The notes under the pieces: model-generated | The model's database searches: none | What the model was told of the DNA's origin: nothing | The model's input: the letters and a program-made list of their open reading frames with translations, nothing else | Origin: Thermoplasmata archaeon | Lineage (GTDB): Archaea; Thermoplasmatota; Thermoplasmata; Lutacidiplasmatales; UBA184 | DNA length: 64,000 bases | Direction of reading: 5' to 3' | Assembly (NCBI GenBank): GCA_028864975.1 | Contig: JAGWLG010000009.1 | Span: 1 to 64,000, forward strand | Made by a program: the position numbers and the translations under genes | Part shown: positions 44,917 to 54,909 of the stretch, piece after piece | How positions within the stretch are numbered: position 1 is the first letter of the stretch | Layout of the letters: each line of letters begins with the position of its first letter

Positions 44917-46679
44917 GACCCGACCTCCTTGACCAGCTGAGAGAGTTGGGCCGACGCCTCCCGTTCGACCGCCTCGATCGCTGCGAGCCCGCCCTTCTCG
45001 CTCGTGGTCTTCATTCGAGCGATGCTCGTTCGAGCGGGGAGCTGGGCGATCTTCCGGACCGGGACGCCCTTGTTGACCGCTTCCACCTCCTTGCGGCCGA
45101 AGTCGAGGATGGTCTTGAGCATCCGATACTGCTTCGCGATCGACGCGTAGGTATCGATGTCGTCGTAGGCGCTTTGCTGAAGGTAGTCCTCTCGGATCAT
45201 CCGGGCGGTGTCGAGGACCGCCTTCTCCTTCTCTTGGAGGGCGTCCTCCCCTACGAGCTGGACGATCTCCTTCAGGGACGCTTCCTTGTCGAGGATCTCG
45301 AGCGCTTCCTTGCGAAGATCGATCCACTCCTTCGAGACCTTCTCGTTGTACCACGGAGCGAGATCGTCGGTGTAGAGGGAATAGCTCGTCAGCCAGTTGA
45401 TCGCTGGATAGTGTCGGCGGCTGGCGAGGTCGAAATCGAGGGCCCAATAGACCCGCGTGGCGCGCAAGGTGTTCTGGGAGACCGGCTCGCTGGTGTCACC
45501 GCCCGGCGGGCTCACCGCACCGATGACGCTGATCGAACCCTGGCGCTCTGGAGCGCCGATGACCACGACCTGACCGGCCCGCTCATAGAACTCCGCCACC
45601 TTTCGGCCCAGGTAGGCCGGGTAGCCCTCCTCCCCGGGCATCTCCTCAAGACGGCCCGAGATCTCTCGCAGCGCCTCGGCCCACCGTGAGGTGGAGTCGG
45701 CCATCAGCGCCACATCGAACCCCATGTCACGATAGTACTCCGCAAGGGTGATCCCCGTGTAGACGCTCGCCTCACGGGCGGCCACGGGCATGTTGGAAGT
45801 GTTGGCGATCAGGATCGTCCGCTCCATGAGCGGGCGCTTGGTCTTAGGGTCCTCGAGGTGGGGGAACTCGGTCAGCACCTCCGTCATCTCGTTGCCGCGC
45901 TCGCCGCAGCCGACGTAGACGACCACGTCGGCCTCGGCCCACTTCGCGAGCTGTTGCTGAGTGACCGTTTTTCCCGTCCCGAAGGCCCCAGGAATACATG
46001 CAGAGCCACCTTTAGCTAGAGGAAATAGCGTGTCGATGACCCTTTGTCCGGTAACTAGCGGTAATCGAGGAGGCAATTTCTTGGAAACTGGGCGGGGAAC
46101 TCGCACCTGCCATTTGTGGGAGAGACCGAGCGGGACGTTCCCTTTCGGGGTGTCGACCGAACCGATGGTCTGACGGATCGTGTACTTTCCGCTCGCCAGC
46201 TCTTTGATGGTGCCGGCAACGGTCGGAGGGACCAGGATGCGGTGCTGGATCAAGGGGGTCTCTTGCACCGTCCCGAGGACGTCCCCGCCGCGGACCGTCT
46301 CCCCGGGCTTCTTCGTGGCGGTGAACTCCCAGACGGTCTTCTCGTCGAGCGGGGTCGTTACGAACCCGCGCTGGATGAAGTCCCCCCCGGCGGCCTTCAG
46401 GACGTCGAGCGGTCGCTGGACCCCGTCGTAGATGGACTTGAGGAGGCCGGGACCCAGTTCGACCGAGAGGGCCTGTCCGGTGTTCTCCACCTTGTCGCCA
46501 GGTCGGATGCCGGTGGTCTCCTCGTAGACCTGGACCGTCGCGTCCCCCTCGACGAGCCGGATGATCTCCCCCACCAGGCCGAGCTCGCCCACGCGCACCA
46601 CATCGAACATGCGGGCGCCCTGAAGACCTTCGGCGATGACGACGGGGCCGGACACTTTGGTGACCACGGGTTCGGTCAT
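44913..46679 (-). CDS. atpA: A-type ATP synthase subunit A
   Basis: [18 protein letters not shown] and [12 protein letters not shown]. Confidence 0.97.
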   Translation of the reverse strand: MTEPVVTKVSGPVVIAEGLQGARMFDVVRVGELGLVGEIIRLVEGDATVQVYEETTGIRPGDKVENTGQALSVELGPGLLKSIYDGVQRPLDVLKAAGGDFIQRGFVTTPLDEKTVWEFTATKKPGETVRGGDVLGTVQETPLIQHRILVPPTVAGTIKELASGKYTIRQTIGSVDTPKGNVPLGLSHKWQVRVPRPVSKKLPPRLPLVTGQRVIDTLFPLAKGGSACIPGAFGTGKTVTQQQLAKWAEADVVVYVGCGERGNEMTEVLTEFPHLEDPKTKRPLMERTILIANTSNMPVAAREASVYTGITLAEYYRDMGFDVALMADSTSRWAEALREISGRLEEMPGEEGYPAYLGRKVAEFYERAGQVVVIGAPERQGSISVIGAVSPPGGDTSEPVSQNTLRATRVYWALDFDLASRRHYPAINWLTSYSLYTDDLAPWYNEKVSKEWIDLRKEALEILDKEASLKEIVQLVGEDALQEKEKAVLDTARMIREDYLQQSAYDDIDTYASIAKQYRMLKTILDFGRKEVEAVNKGVPVRKIAQLPARTSIARMKTTSEKGGLAAIEAVEREASAQLSQLVKEVGS

Positions 46680-46689
46680 GGACTTTCCA

Positions 46690-47037
46690 TCAAGGAGACG
46701 CGAGCCGGTCGAGGGAGACCCCGAGCACGCGCTTGGTGAGGGAGGCGACGCTCTCCGGCTCCTCTCCAGCCCCGGGGGTGGGGAGGAAAACGACGAGCGG
46801 GTCGATGGATTGCTCGGCCGCCTTCCGGAGGTTCTCGGGAAGCACGTTCTGGATCTTCCGGCTCGCGAGGATCAGGCTGTGCATCCCGGACTCGAAGACC
46901 TTCTGGAAGTCGCGGGAGGCGGAGCGCTCGTCGGTGATGACCGTGTCTCGGACGCCGATCAAACGGAAGCCGATGACGAGCTCCCGTTCTCCGATCACGG
47001 CGGGGGGCTTGCCGCCCGCGGGCTTCTCGGCTGGCAC
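46690..47037 (-). CDS. atpF: A-type ATP synthase subunit F
   Basis: VIGERELVIGFRLIG and KRVLGVSL. Confidence 0.9.
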   Translation of the reverse strand: MPAEKPAGGKPPAVIGERELVIGFRLIGVRDTVITDERSASRDFQKVFESGMHSLILASRKIQNVLPENLRKAAEQSIDPLVVFLPTPGAGEEPESVASLTKRVLGVSLDRLASP

Positions 47038-47171
47038 GGCGGGGCCCCCGGGCCTCCAGGCTATTTATGCATGGCGCCCTCGATTTACCGATAGCCGGGA
47101 CCGCTGGGCCCGGGGAGCGCGGGGGCTGCTTCAACTAGCGGACCGGGAGAGGAGGATGGACCTCCCCTCCC

Positions 47172-47450
47172 TCACTTGTAGGTCGAGTGGTGGACGTTCC
47201 CTTCGTCGTCCGTGATGTCGATGCACTCGCCTTCGCACTCGAAGAGGCAGGCCTCGCAGACGATGCATTCGGGGCCGTTGACCGCGACGGACTTCTCTCC
47301 TCGGAACCGGAACTTCGCCGCGACCTCGGCGTCGTCCACCATCCCGGGGAACTCCGAGGTCGGTTTGAGCTCGAAGACGTTGACCGGGCAGACATCCCGG
47401 CAGTGGGCGCATCCCGTACACTTTTCGGTCTTGATGTCGACGGTTACCAT
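47172..47450 (-). CDS. 4Fe-4S dicluster ferredoxin
   Basis: CTGCAHCRDVCP and CIVCEACLFEC. Confidence 0.93.
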   Translation of the reverse strand: MVTVDIKTEKCTGCAHCRDVCPVNVFELKPTSEFPGMVDDAEVAAKFRFRGEKSVAVNGPECIVCEACLFECEGECIDITDDEGNVHHSTYK

Positions 47451-47608
47451 CTTGGCCCCCGAGGGAAACCTCCGACCTGACGGACCTATTTAGGCGTTGT
47501 TGGGGAGAAGCCTCGACGGGAACGCTGTTGTAGGGCGGGTGGGACCACCCACCTCGACCACCTCAGCGCGCGTCCTTATGCGGAGGGCTCCCCTCGAAAG
47601 GTTCCAGC

Positions 47609-49252
47609 ATGCCCTCGGACCCGGACCTCTCCTCGGGCGATCCCCCATCCCGCACCGCGACCGCAGGCTCCTCCTCGCTTCGACGCGCGCTCCAACGACT
47701 GAAGACCGGGCGGTTCGAGGAGCAGATGGCCGCCCTCCAGTTCCTGGGGGAGGGGCCCCCGCTCGGAGACCCCGCCCCAATCCTGGAATCGCTCGCATCC
47801 CCTCGCCCGGCGCTTCGGGTCGCCGCGGCGTGGGTGCTCCGTCGTCATGGGGAGCGGCGCGGCGTCCCGCACCTACTCCCGCTCCTCCACGACCCCGACC
47901 CCAACGTACGGGCCGCAGCGGCGGAAGCGCTCGGGGTCATCTGCGATCCTCAGGCGGTCCCCGCGCTCTCGGAGCTCCTCAAGGACCCGGAGCCCGTGGT
48001 CCGCATCCACGCCGCGTGGGCACTCTGGTGTCTCAACCGTCCCCACGCCCAGGATGCCCTCACAGGCCTTCTTCGCGACCCCGACCCTCAAGTGCGGTAT
48101 AGCGCCGTCACCGCGATGGGGCGCTTCCGTGACCCCAGGGCGTATCCCTTGCTGCTGGAGTCCATCCACGACGCCTCCGACCGGGTCCGACGGGATGCCG
48201 TACTGGCCCTCGGTCACTTGGGGGGGCCGCACACGGCCGAAGACGTTCGGCCCTGCTTGGAGGACGAAGCCGACCGGGTCCGGATCGCGGCGGCCGTCGT
48301 CATGGGCAAGCTCCGCGACCGGGTCTGCGTTCCGACCCTGCTGCGAAGGTACGGGGGCGAGGACGGCTGGGTGCGCCCCTCCTACCTCGTCGCCCTGGGC
48401 CGGATCGGAGACCGTCGGTGCGTGCCGCTCCTCGTCGGAGCCCTGGAAGAGCGGACCCCCTGGACCGTCGTGTGCGCCCTTTGGTCGCTGGGGGAGATGC
48501 GAGTCCGCAAGGTCGCGGGACCTGTCCGAGGGCTCCTCGCCTCCCCCCACCGGACGGTGCGGGGCGCCGCGGCCGAAGCGCTTGGGCGCGTCGGGGGGAA
48601 GCAGGACGTCCCGAGGCTGCTCGCGCTTCTCTCAGACAAGGAGCCCTGGGTCCGGCGCGGGGCCTGCGTCGGGTTGGGCCATCTAAGGTCCCCTCGCGTC
48701 GGCCCCGCCTTGCGGGCCCGTCTGAGCGACGCGGACGCCGAGGTGCGCTCTGCCGCGGTGTGGGCTCTGGGGCACGTTCGGGACCCCGGCTCCGTTACCC
48801 GTCTTCTCCACATGCTCGAGGAGAGCACCCCACAGGAGCCCTCTCCCCTCAGTAAGGGGGCCGCGCCCCCCGGATCGCCTGGGGGTTTGCCTCCGATGGA
48901 AGAGGAGGTCGTGGTCGCCGAAGGCGACGGCGCGGTCCGCCTCCTGAGCGACGCACAGAAAACGCTCCTGGATACGCTCCTGGTGAGCCTGGGGAGATAC
49001 GCTCGACACGCCTCTGCCGGAGAACGGGACCGAGTTGTCCGTGCGTTACGGAGCGCACTGCAGGCGCTGCCGGCGCCCGCCCGAGAACAGAGGCTCGTGC
49101 TGCCGCGCATGGACCGGGTCGCGGGGCGGGAGGCCCCGAGCCGAGAGCAGCTCGCCGACGGCACCCTTCCTGAGGACCCGCCTCGGAAGGACCGCGTCCA
49201 CGCGAAGGGACCTCCGCGTGGCCCGGTGCAGAGGTCAGCTCCGTCGAGGTAG
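47609..49252 (+). CDS. HEAT-repeat (PBS lyase-like) protein
   Basis: About 12 tandem repeats of the type LLxDPDPxVRxxAAxALG. Confidence 0.9.
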   Translation: MPSDPDLSSGDPPSRTATAGSSSLRRALQRLKTGRFEEQMAALQFLGEGPPLGDPAPILESLASPRPALRVAAAWVLRRHGERRGVPHLLPLLHDPDPNVRAAAAEALGVICDPQAVPALSELLKDPEPVVRIHAAWALWCLNRPHAQDALTGLLRDPDPQVRYSAVTAMGRFRDPRAYPLLLESIHDASDRVRRDAVLALGHLGGPHTAEDVRPCLEDEADRVRIAAAVVMGKLRDRVCVPTLLRRYGGEDGWVRPSYLVALGRIGDRRCVPLLVGALEERTPWTVVCALWSLGEMRVRKVAGPVRGLLASPHRTVRGAAAEALGRVGGKQDVPRLLALLSDKEPWVRRGACVGLGHLRSPRVGPALRARLSDADAEVRSAAVWALGHVRDPGSVTRLLHMLEESTPQEPSPLSKGAAPPGSPGGLPPMEEEVVVAEGDGAVRLLSDAQKTLLDTLLVSLGRYARHASAGERDRVVRALRSALQALPAPAREQRLVLPRMDRVAGREAPSREQLADGTLPEDPPRKDRVHAKGPPRGPVQRSAPSR

Positions 49253-49260
49253 GCACCCCT

Positions 49261-50208
49261 GTGATCTATCGTGAACTGCGCCGGACCGACGTCCAGCAGA
49301 TCTCGCACGAGATGCAGCTCAACTTCGGCCAGGAGCTCTCCCTCAAGGGGTGGGATCCCGCGCACTTCGAGGAGATCTTTGAACGGTCGTTCGGTTTCCC
49401 TGCGGGGTGGGTCCTGGCCATCCTTCGCGCGGTCCGACGTCCCCCGGTGCACCTCTTCGTCGCCGAGGAAGGCGGGAAGGTCGTAGGAACGACCTTCCTC
49501 TTCCTTCAGCGCACGCACGGGTACATCGGGGCCGTCATGACCGACCCCGGGTTCCGCGGGAAGGGGATTGCTTCCGAACTGCTCTCCCGGGCGGAGCGAG
49601 CGTGCGCTCGTCGAGGGCGCCGATGGGCGGTCCTGGACGTGCTCACCGACAACCACGTCGCGCGACAGCTCTACGTGAAGCGGGGATACCGCCCGCTTCG
49701 GGTCCAACACTGGCTCTCGAAGCCCCTCGCGCAACGGCGCGAGGCCTTCCGCACCGCCGGGCCGGAGATCCGGGCCATGGAAAAGGCGGACCTGGACCAG
49801 CTGCTCGACCTCTACAGCGCCCAACAGCCTCCCGAGGTGCGGGAGATCCTGGCGCCGGAGCGAGGCCTGCTCTCTCCACCAAGGTACCTCCAGTCGTTGA
49901 TGTCGGCCACGTCCGCCGCATGGTGTACGGGCGCCCTCGGGAACCCTTCGGGGTACGCCCGAGCGACCTTCACCACTCCCCGAGAGGCGGGCAACCTCGG
50001 AGCTCCGCTCTTCGCCGACCGGGCGAGCGCGGTGGAGAAGGAGGAGCTCCTGGAGACCGCGTTGGGATGGCTCGCGGCGAGCGGCGCCAGCAGCGTGGTC
50101 TGCGAGGTACCTGCGTACCAGGGCGCGGTCCTCCAGATGCTCCAGGACACCGGGTTCGAGGAACGATGGACCATGGACACGCTCGCGCTCGAGGTCAACG
50201 GCAGGTGA
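49261..50208 (+). CDS. Tandem GNAT acetyltransferase
   Basis: VMTDPGFRGKGIA and NHVARQLYVKRGY; second degenerate GNAT domain. Confidence 0.88.
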   Translation: MIYRELRRTDVQQISHEMQLNFGQELSLKGWDPAHFEEIFERSFGFPAGWVLAILRAVRRPPVHLFVAEEGGKVVGTTFLFLQRTHGYIGAVMTDPGFRGKGIASELLSRAERACARRGRRWAVLDVLTDNHVARQLYVKRGYRPLRVQHWLSKPLAQRREAFRTAGPEIRAMEKADLDQLLDLYSAQQPPEVREILAPERGLLSPPRYLQSLMSATSAAWCTGALGNPSGYARATFTTPREAGNLGAPLFADRASAVEKEELLETALGWLAASGASSVVCEVPAYQGAVLQMLQDTGFEERWTMDTLALEVNGR

Positions 50209-51599
50209 GCGCCCCCGGACCGAGGGGCGCCCCACGGCGTCCCGGGGTTGTGGTCTATCTCTACCCGTGCCGGATCCAGCAGGGCTGGGGCGACATCGCC
50301 GAGATGGCCCAGGCGGCCTGGGCGCTCCACCGAGCGGGGTTCGAGCTGCGGTATCTCGCGCCTCCCGAGGCCATCCACAAGCGTCCCGATCCCCGCATCG
50401 TTCCGTTCGATCCTACCGCGCCGGGTCCGATCCGCTTCCCTCCCGTGCGCCGTTTGTTCGCACCGGCGCGGAGGGGACGGGCCGTGGTGCTCGCCACATG
50501 GTGGGGTCTGAGCGCCCGTAGGTCGGACCTCGAAGGAGGTCCCCTGCCGGGGCCTCTCGAGGATGCGATCACGAGGATCGTTCGGTCGCACGGGGCCCCG
50601 AACGTTCTCCATGTCAGTTTGGAGGAGTTCGGGTCCGACCAGACCTCCCTTTCAGCCCTGGACGAGGGACTTCGTCAGGCAGGTTGGAGCGCGGCACGGC
50701 GGCAAAGGGCGCTGGCGAGCCCCCAGGGTCGGCGTCAGCAGTGCGCTTACCACCGTGCGTTCGCCCTTGCGAGAGCCGCCGAACGTGAGGGAGTAGTGCA
50801 TCTCAGCGCGACCTTCTCGCCCTCGTTGCCCGCGATGCGGGAGTTCCCCTTCCTTCTGCCCGTGGCGCCCTTCGGTCTCGGAGGGACCGCGATCCTCCGT
50901 CCTCGGGTCTGGGACCGAGGCACGTCCGCCGACCTTGCACGCTCCGCGGTCATCTGGTACGCCAGCCCGAAGAGCTCGGTGGGCTTCGCCCCCGCGTTCC
51001 TCTCCGCCCTAAAGGGACGGAGCCCGAAGGTCCTCCTGCAGGTCCGTGCCCCACCGGCGCTGGAGGAGAAACTCCTCGCCCTTCCGCAGGATGACGTGTC
51101 GGTGGAAGTGCTGGAGGAGCTCTCGCCCTCCAGGTGGAGGAGTGCCCTGGACCGGGCGCACCTTCGGGTCGTTTCCGGAAGTCAGTCGCTTGTCGAGGTG
51201 GTTCGGGGGGGCGGACCGTTTCTCTATTTCAACGGGCTCGTGGGCAAGCCCCGCGGCCCGACACGCGCCTTCCGCCGCGAAAAGCTGCTGTCGCTCGTTC
51301 GGGCTCTAGATGGGCTTCCGAGGGCCGGGGCGCTTTCCAGGGACCTCCTGGACTTTGCGGATGGCAGGAACCTGCGTTCCGTCCTCCGAAGAGCGCTTGG
51401 GTCGGAGGCGTGGCGAGAAGCGATGCGAAGGGCCCTCGCTGCCGTGGTCCTCCGCCTCACGGCGATGGATGGGGACCGGACGCTGGTCTCGATCGTTCAA
51501 GAGTTCGCGCGGAGCGGTGAGGCTGCGAACACCTTCGCGAAGCGCGTGCGCGAGCGGCACCGAGCCCGGCTGTTCCGCGTCAACCCCGAAGCACGGTGA
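50205..51599 (+). CDS. Hypothetical protein, possible GT-B-fold glycosyltransferase
   Basis: GTG overlaps the GNAT stop; N-terminal QGWGDI glycine loop and a late SGSQSLVE...PFL segment. Confidence 0.55.
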   Translation: MSAPGPRGAPRRPGVVVYLYPCRIQQGWGDIAEMAQAAWALHRAGFELRYLAPPEAIHKRPDPRIVPFDPTAPGPIRFPPVRRLFAPARRGRAVVLATWWGLSARRSDLEGGPLPGPLEDAITRIVRSHGAPNVLHVSLEEFGSDQTSLSALDEGLRQAGWSAARRQRALASPQGRRQQCAYHRAFALARAAEREGVVHLSATFSPSLPAMREFPFLLPVAPFGLGGTAILRPRVWDRGTSADLARSAVIWYASPKSSVGFAPAFLSALKGRSPKVLLQVRAPPALEEKLLALPQDDVSVEVLEELSPSRWRSALDRAHLRVVSGSQSLVEVVRGGGPFLYFNGLVGKPRGPTRAFRREKLLSLVRALDGLPRAGALSRDLLDFADGRNLRSVLRRALGSEAWREAMRRALAAVVLRLTAMDGDRTLVSIVQEFARSGEAANTFAKRVRERHRARLFRVNPEAR

Positions 51600-51656
51600 C
51601 CTCCACGATTTCAGGGACCCAGGGGGGTTTTCTACCCCACCCCGCTCCACGGCCGC

Positions 51657-52808
51657 ATGCAAGCCAGCGTTCTTCCACCACCGCCTGCGTCCGCCCCCCC
51701 GGCGCCGTCGTCCCTCCCCGCGTCCGAGGCCGCTGTGGCCCGAAAGGTCCTCAAGGAGACCCTGCGGGTGAAGAAGGGTGAGAACGTCGTCATCGAGACC
51801 TGGAACCATACCCTCGATCTCGCCCGAGCTTTCGTGCTCGAGGCCCGGAAGTTGGGCGCACATCCGGTCCTCCTCTTCGAGGACGAGCGGACCTACTGGG
51901 ATAGCGTGGACTCGGCCGACCCCCGGGAGCTCGGCAAGGTCGGGAGCCACGAATGGGCACTCTTGTCGAAGGCCCAGGCCTATGTCTTCCTCTGGGGACC
52001 GGAGGACCGGCCCCGATTCCGACGGCTCGACCCGAAAGTGATGGAGAAGCTTCACGCGTACAACGACGAGTGGTACGCGCGGGCGAAGCGCGCCCGCCTT
52101 CGCGGGGCCCGGATGGAGATCGGTCGCGTCACCGAGGCGAATGCGCAGCAGTTCAACGTCCCTCTCGCCGCCTGGCGCCAGGAGGTCCTGGAGGCGACCA
52201 TGGCCGACACCGCGACGATGGTGCGAGAGGGGAAGCACCTCGCGCAGGTCCTGCAACGGGGCAAGCGGGTCACGATCGATCATCCCAACGGCACACACCT
52301 GGAGCTTCAGCTTCGGGGAAAGCGTCCGGTGGTGGAGGATGGCGTCGTCGGCGCGGAGGACGTTGCCGCAGGACAGAACATGACCAGCGTTCCCGGAGGA
52401 TACGTCGCGGTCGCGCTTGATGAACGCTACGGGGAAGGGACGTTCCGATCGAACCGCACGAGCTTCCTCTCGGGCGGCCGGGCCGAAGGAGGGGAGTGGA
52501 CGATCTCGGGCGGCCGCCTCACTGCGTCGACCTACCGGAGCGGCGGCGAGTTTTTCTCGGCCCCCTTCGAGAAGGCCCCGAAGAAGGGGAGGGACCAACT
52601 GGGGATGCTTTCGATCGGTCTCAACCCCCGGATCTCGAGCTCTCCCCAGATGGAGGACCAGGAGCGCGGCGTGGTCCTGGTCACGTTGGGAAGGAACGAC
52701 AACGTGGGCGGGAGCAACAAGGTCCCGTTCCTGACGTGGCTCGCTCTGGGAGGGGCCAACGTGTCGGTGGACGGCAAGCCCCTGGTCGCGGGTGGGAACA
52801 TCGTCTGA
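51657..52808 (+). CDS. M29-family aminopeptidase
   Basis: LRVKKGENVVI, NGTHLEL, SVPGG and SIGLNP. Confidence 0.8.
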   Translation: MQASVLPPPPASAPPAPSSLPASEAAVARKVLKETLRVKKGENVVIETWNHTLDLARAFVLEARKLGAHPVLLFEDERTYWDSVDSADPRELGKVGSHEWALLSKAQAYVFLWGPEDRPRFRRLDPKVMEKLHAYNDEWYARAKRARLRGARMEIGRVTEANAQQFNVPLAAWRQEVLEATMADTATMVREGKHLAQVLQRGKRVTIDHPNGTHLELQLRGKRPVVEDGVVGAEDVAAGQNMTSVPGGYVAVALDERYGEGTFRSNRTSFLSGGRAEGGEWTISGGRLTASTYRSGGEFFSAPFEKAPKKGRDQLGMLSIGLNPRISSSPQMEDQERGVVLVTLGRNDNVGGSNKVPFLTWLALGGANVSVDGKPLVAGGNIV

Positions 52809-52816
52809 CCCTCACC

Positions 52817-53446
52817 ATGACCGGCCGGTCTGACCCCTCCGCGGTCCGGAAGGTCCGCCCCCACGCGAACTGGAGGGGCTCGTTCGAACGCCCCCTGCCT
52901 CGTAGCTTCTTCGCGCGCCCCACGGCTCGGGTCGCGAGGGACCTGTTGGGATGTTACCTCGCTCGTTCTCCCGAGGATGGTGGCCCGGAGGGGTGGCGGG
53001 TGGGACGCGTGGTGGAGACCGAGGCCTACGTGGCCAACGATCCCGCCAACCACGCCGCGAGAGGGATGACCGAGCGCAACCGGTCGATGTTCCTCGGGCC
53101 GGGGCATGTCTACATCTATCGGATCCACCAGGTCCACTGCGCGAACCTCACGACCGCTCCCGGGCAGGCCGTGCTCCTGCGCGCGGTGGAACCGGTCACC
53201 CCTCTCCCCTCCGCGCCACGGGGGCCCGGACTGCTGTGTCGGGCCTTCGGGCTCGAACGCACCCAGGACGGGGCCGATGCGGTCAGGGGGGAACTTCGGG
53301 TCCTTCCGCGCGACCAGGCCCCTCCCCAGTTCGTCGCGGTCCCCCGGGTGGGCATCCGGCTCGCGTCCGAGCGGCGGTTGCGATTCCTCGTCCCGACCTC
53401 CCCGTGGGTCTCGAAACGGCCATCGCTCCGAAGGAAGGGAGCATGA
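52817..53446 (+). CDS. DNA-3-methyladenine glycosylase (MPG/AAG type)
   Basis: VARDLLG, VETEAY, PGHVYIY, AVLLRA, GPGLLCRA and PRVGI. Confidence 0.9.
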   Translation: MTGRSDPSAVRKVRPHANWRGSFERPLPRSFFARPTARVARDLLGCYLARSPEDGGPEGWRVGRVVETEAYVANDPANHAARGMTERNRSMFLGPGHVYIYRIHQVHCANLTTAPGQAVLLRAVEPVTPLPSAPRGPGLLCRAFGLERTQDGADAVRGELRVLPRDQAPPQFVAVPRVGIRLASERRLRFLVPTSPWVSKRPSLRRKGA

Positions 53447-54267
53447 CCGCGGGCAAGGTCCTCATCGGCTGCTCCGGCTGGGACTACCCTGAATGGGTGG
53501 GGCGCTTCTATCCCGCTCGCGGGCAGGTCGACCGACTTGCGCGCTACTCCCAGGTGTTCCCTGTTGTCGAGGTCGATTCGAGCTTCTACAACATTCCCAC
53601 GGAACGGACCGTGGAAAGATGGGACCACCGCACCCCCCGGGGTTTTCGGTTCGCGGCGAAGTTCCCCCAGGAGATCACCCACCGTCGGCGCCTCGAGGAC
53701 TGCGCGGAGCCCCTGGAAGCCCACTATCGAGCGTTCCACCCGCTCATCCGAAGCGGGAAGGTCGTAGCGTTCCTACTGCAGCTTCCCCCGTCGCTGCCGT
53801 TCGACGAGAGCAAGGTCCGTGGGTTCTACGCGACCCTGCCCACGGACCCCCCCGTGGCGGTCGAGTTCCGCGAGAAAAGCTGGCTCTGCCCCGCCTCCTA
53901 CGACCTCCTGCGGGAATACCACCTTTCGACGACGATCGTGGACGAACCGTTCCTTCCCGCGGACCTCACGCTGACCAACCCCGACCTTGCCTACATGAGA
54001 TGGCATGGGAGGGGAACGACGGTCTGGTACGACTACCGGTACAGCCGTGACGAGCTCAAGGCGTGGGTCCCACGGGTGGAGGAGGTGGCGTCGAAGGCGA
54101 AGCTCTTCTTGGGTTTCTTCAACAACCATTTCCGGGGCGACGCCCCGGCCAACGCGCTCGAGATCGACGAGATGCTGGGGATAGGGCCTCCGCCGTGGAG
54201 CGGCAGGCTTGACCAACCGGCCATCCCCTCGGCGTCCACCGCTCCGGCCTCCACGGACGCTCCCTGA
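53443..54267 (+). CDS. DUF72 family protein
   Basis: IGCSGW, VEVDSSFY, AVEFRE, RWHG and FFNNH. Confidence 0.92.
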   Translation: MTAGKVLIGCSGWDYPEWVGRFYPARGQVDRLARYSQVFPVVEVDSSFYNIPTERTVERWDHRTPRGFRFAAKFPQEITHRRRLEDCAEPLEAHYRAFHPLIRSGKVVAFLLQLPPSLPFDESKVRGFYATLPTDPPVAVEFREKSWLCPASYDLLREYHLSTTIVDEPFLPADLTLTNPDLAYMRWHGRGTTVWYDYRYSRDELKAWVPRVEEVASKAKLFLGFFNNHFRGDAPANALEIDEMLGIGPPPWSGRLDQPAIPSASTAPASTDAP

Positions 54268-54434
54268 AGGTCGTGGACACGCAGGGACGGGCGGCAACGC
54301 CAACCCTGCCCGCAAAGGACTTCGTTCGTCGTCCCCACGGTGCGGTCGCTGCTCCGCCGGGCCAACGATGGGTCCCAGCAGGTCGGATGGGTCCCGGGCC
54401 TTCCGATGCGTGAAACGCCACGCGGAGGACCCGC

Positions 54435-54635
54435 TCAGTGCTTGCGGATGAGGTTCTTCGGGTGGACGTTGCCGCTCTTGGGCTTAGCCCACGCGTATCC
54501 GCGAAGACGGGCGGTGCTCCCGAACCCGCAGCGGGCGCAGGAGCGCTTGCGCACGTGGTAGGAGTGATGGCCGCACCTCCGGCAGCGGATGTGGACGATC
54601 CGTCCACCGCTGCGGGATGGTGTTCCCTTACCCAT
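54435..54635 (-). CDS. rpl37e: 50S ribosomal protein L37e
   Basis: MGKGTPS, HIRCRRCG and CARCGFG. Confidence 0.95.
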   Translation of the reverse strand: MGKGTPSRSGGRIVHIRCRRCGHHSYHVRKRSCARCGFGSTARLRGYAWAKPKSGNVHPKNLIRKH

Positions 54636-54659
54636 CGGACCTCTTCTCCTGGGGCCCCC

Positions 54660-54872
54660 CTAGGGGGCAACGTACAGAACGCTGTCGCCCCTGAAGAGCG
54701 CGGTCCCACAGGGCTTGGTCGTGCCGTTCTCCAGCACCTCGACGGTGTCGTTCAGGACGAGGTTCATGTGCTGGTCGAACCCGTCCAGGACCCCACGGTA
54801 GGTCTTCCCGCCCTTGACCTCGACCAGGACCGACTGGCGGAGGTACTTTTGGAAGACCTCGATGGGCTTCAT
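54660..54872 (-). CDS. Sm/Lsm RNA-binding protein (SmAP1)
   Basis: GVLDGFDQHMNLVL (Sm1) and LFRGDSV (Sm2); conserved adjacency to rpl37e. Confidence 0.95.
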   Translation of the reverse strand: MKPIEVFQKYLRQSVLVEVKGGKTYRGVLDGFDQHMNLVLNDTVEVLENGTTKPCGTALFRGDSVLYVAP

Positions 54873-54909
54873 GGGGGTGCGGGGCACCTGCGGGACCGTT
54901 CTTAACGTT

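Noticed and set aside
47609-49252. Deoxyhypusine hydroxylase identity for the HEAT protein
   Set aside because: It lacks the repeated His-Glu iron-binding motifs
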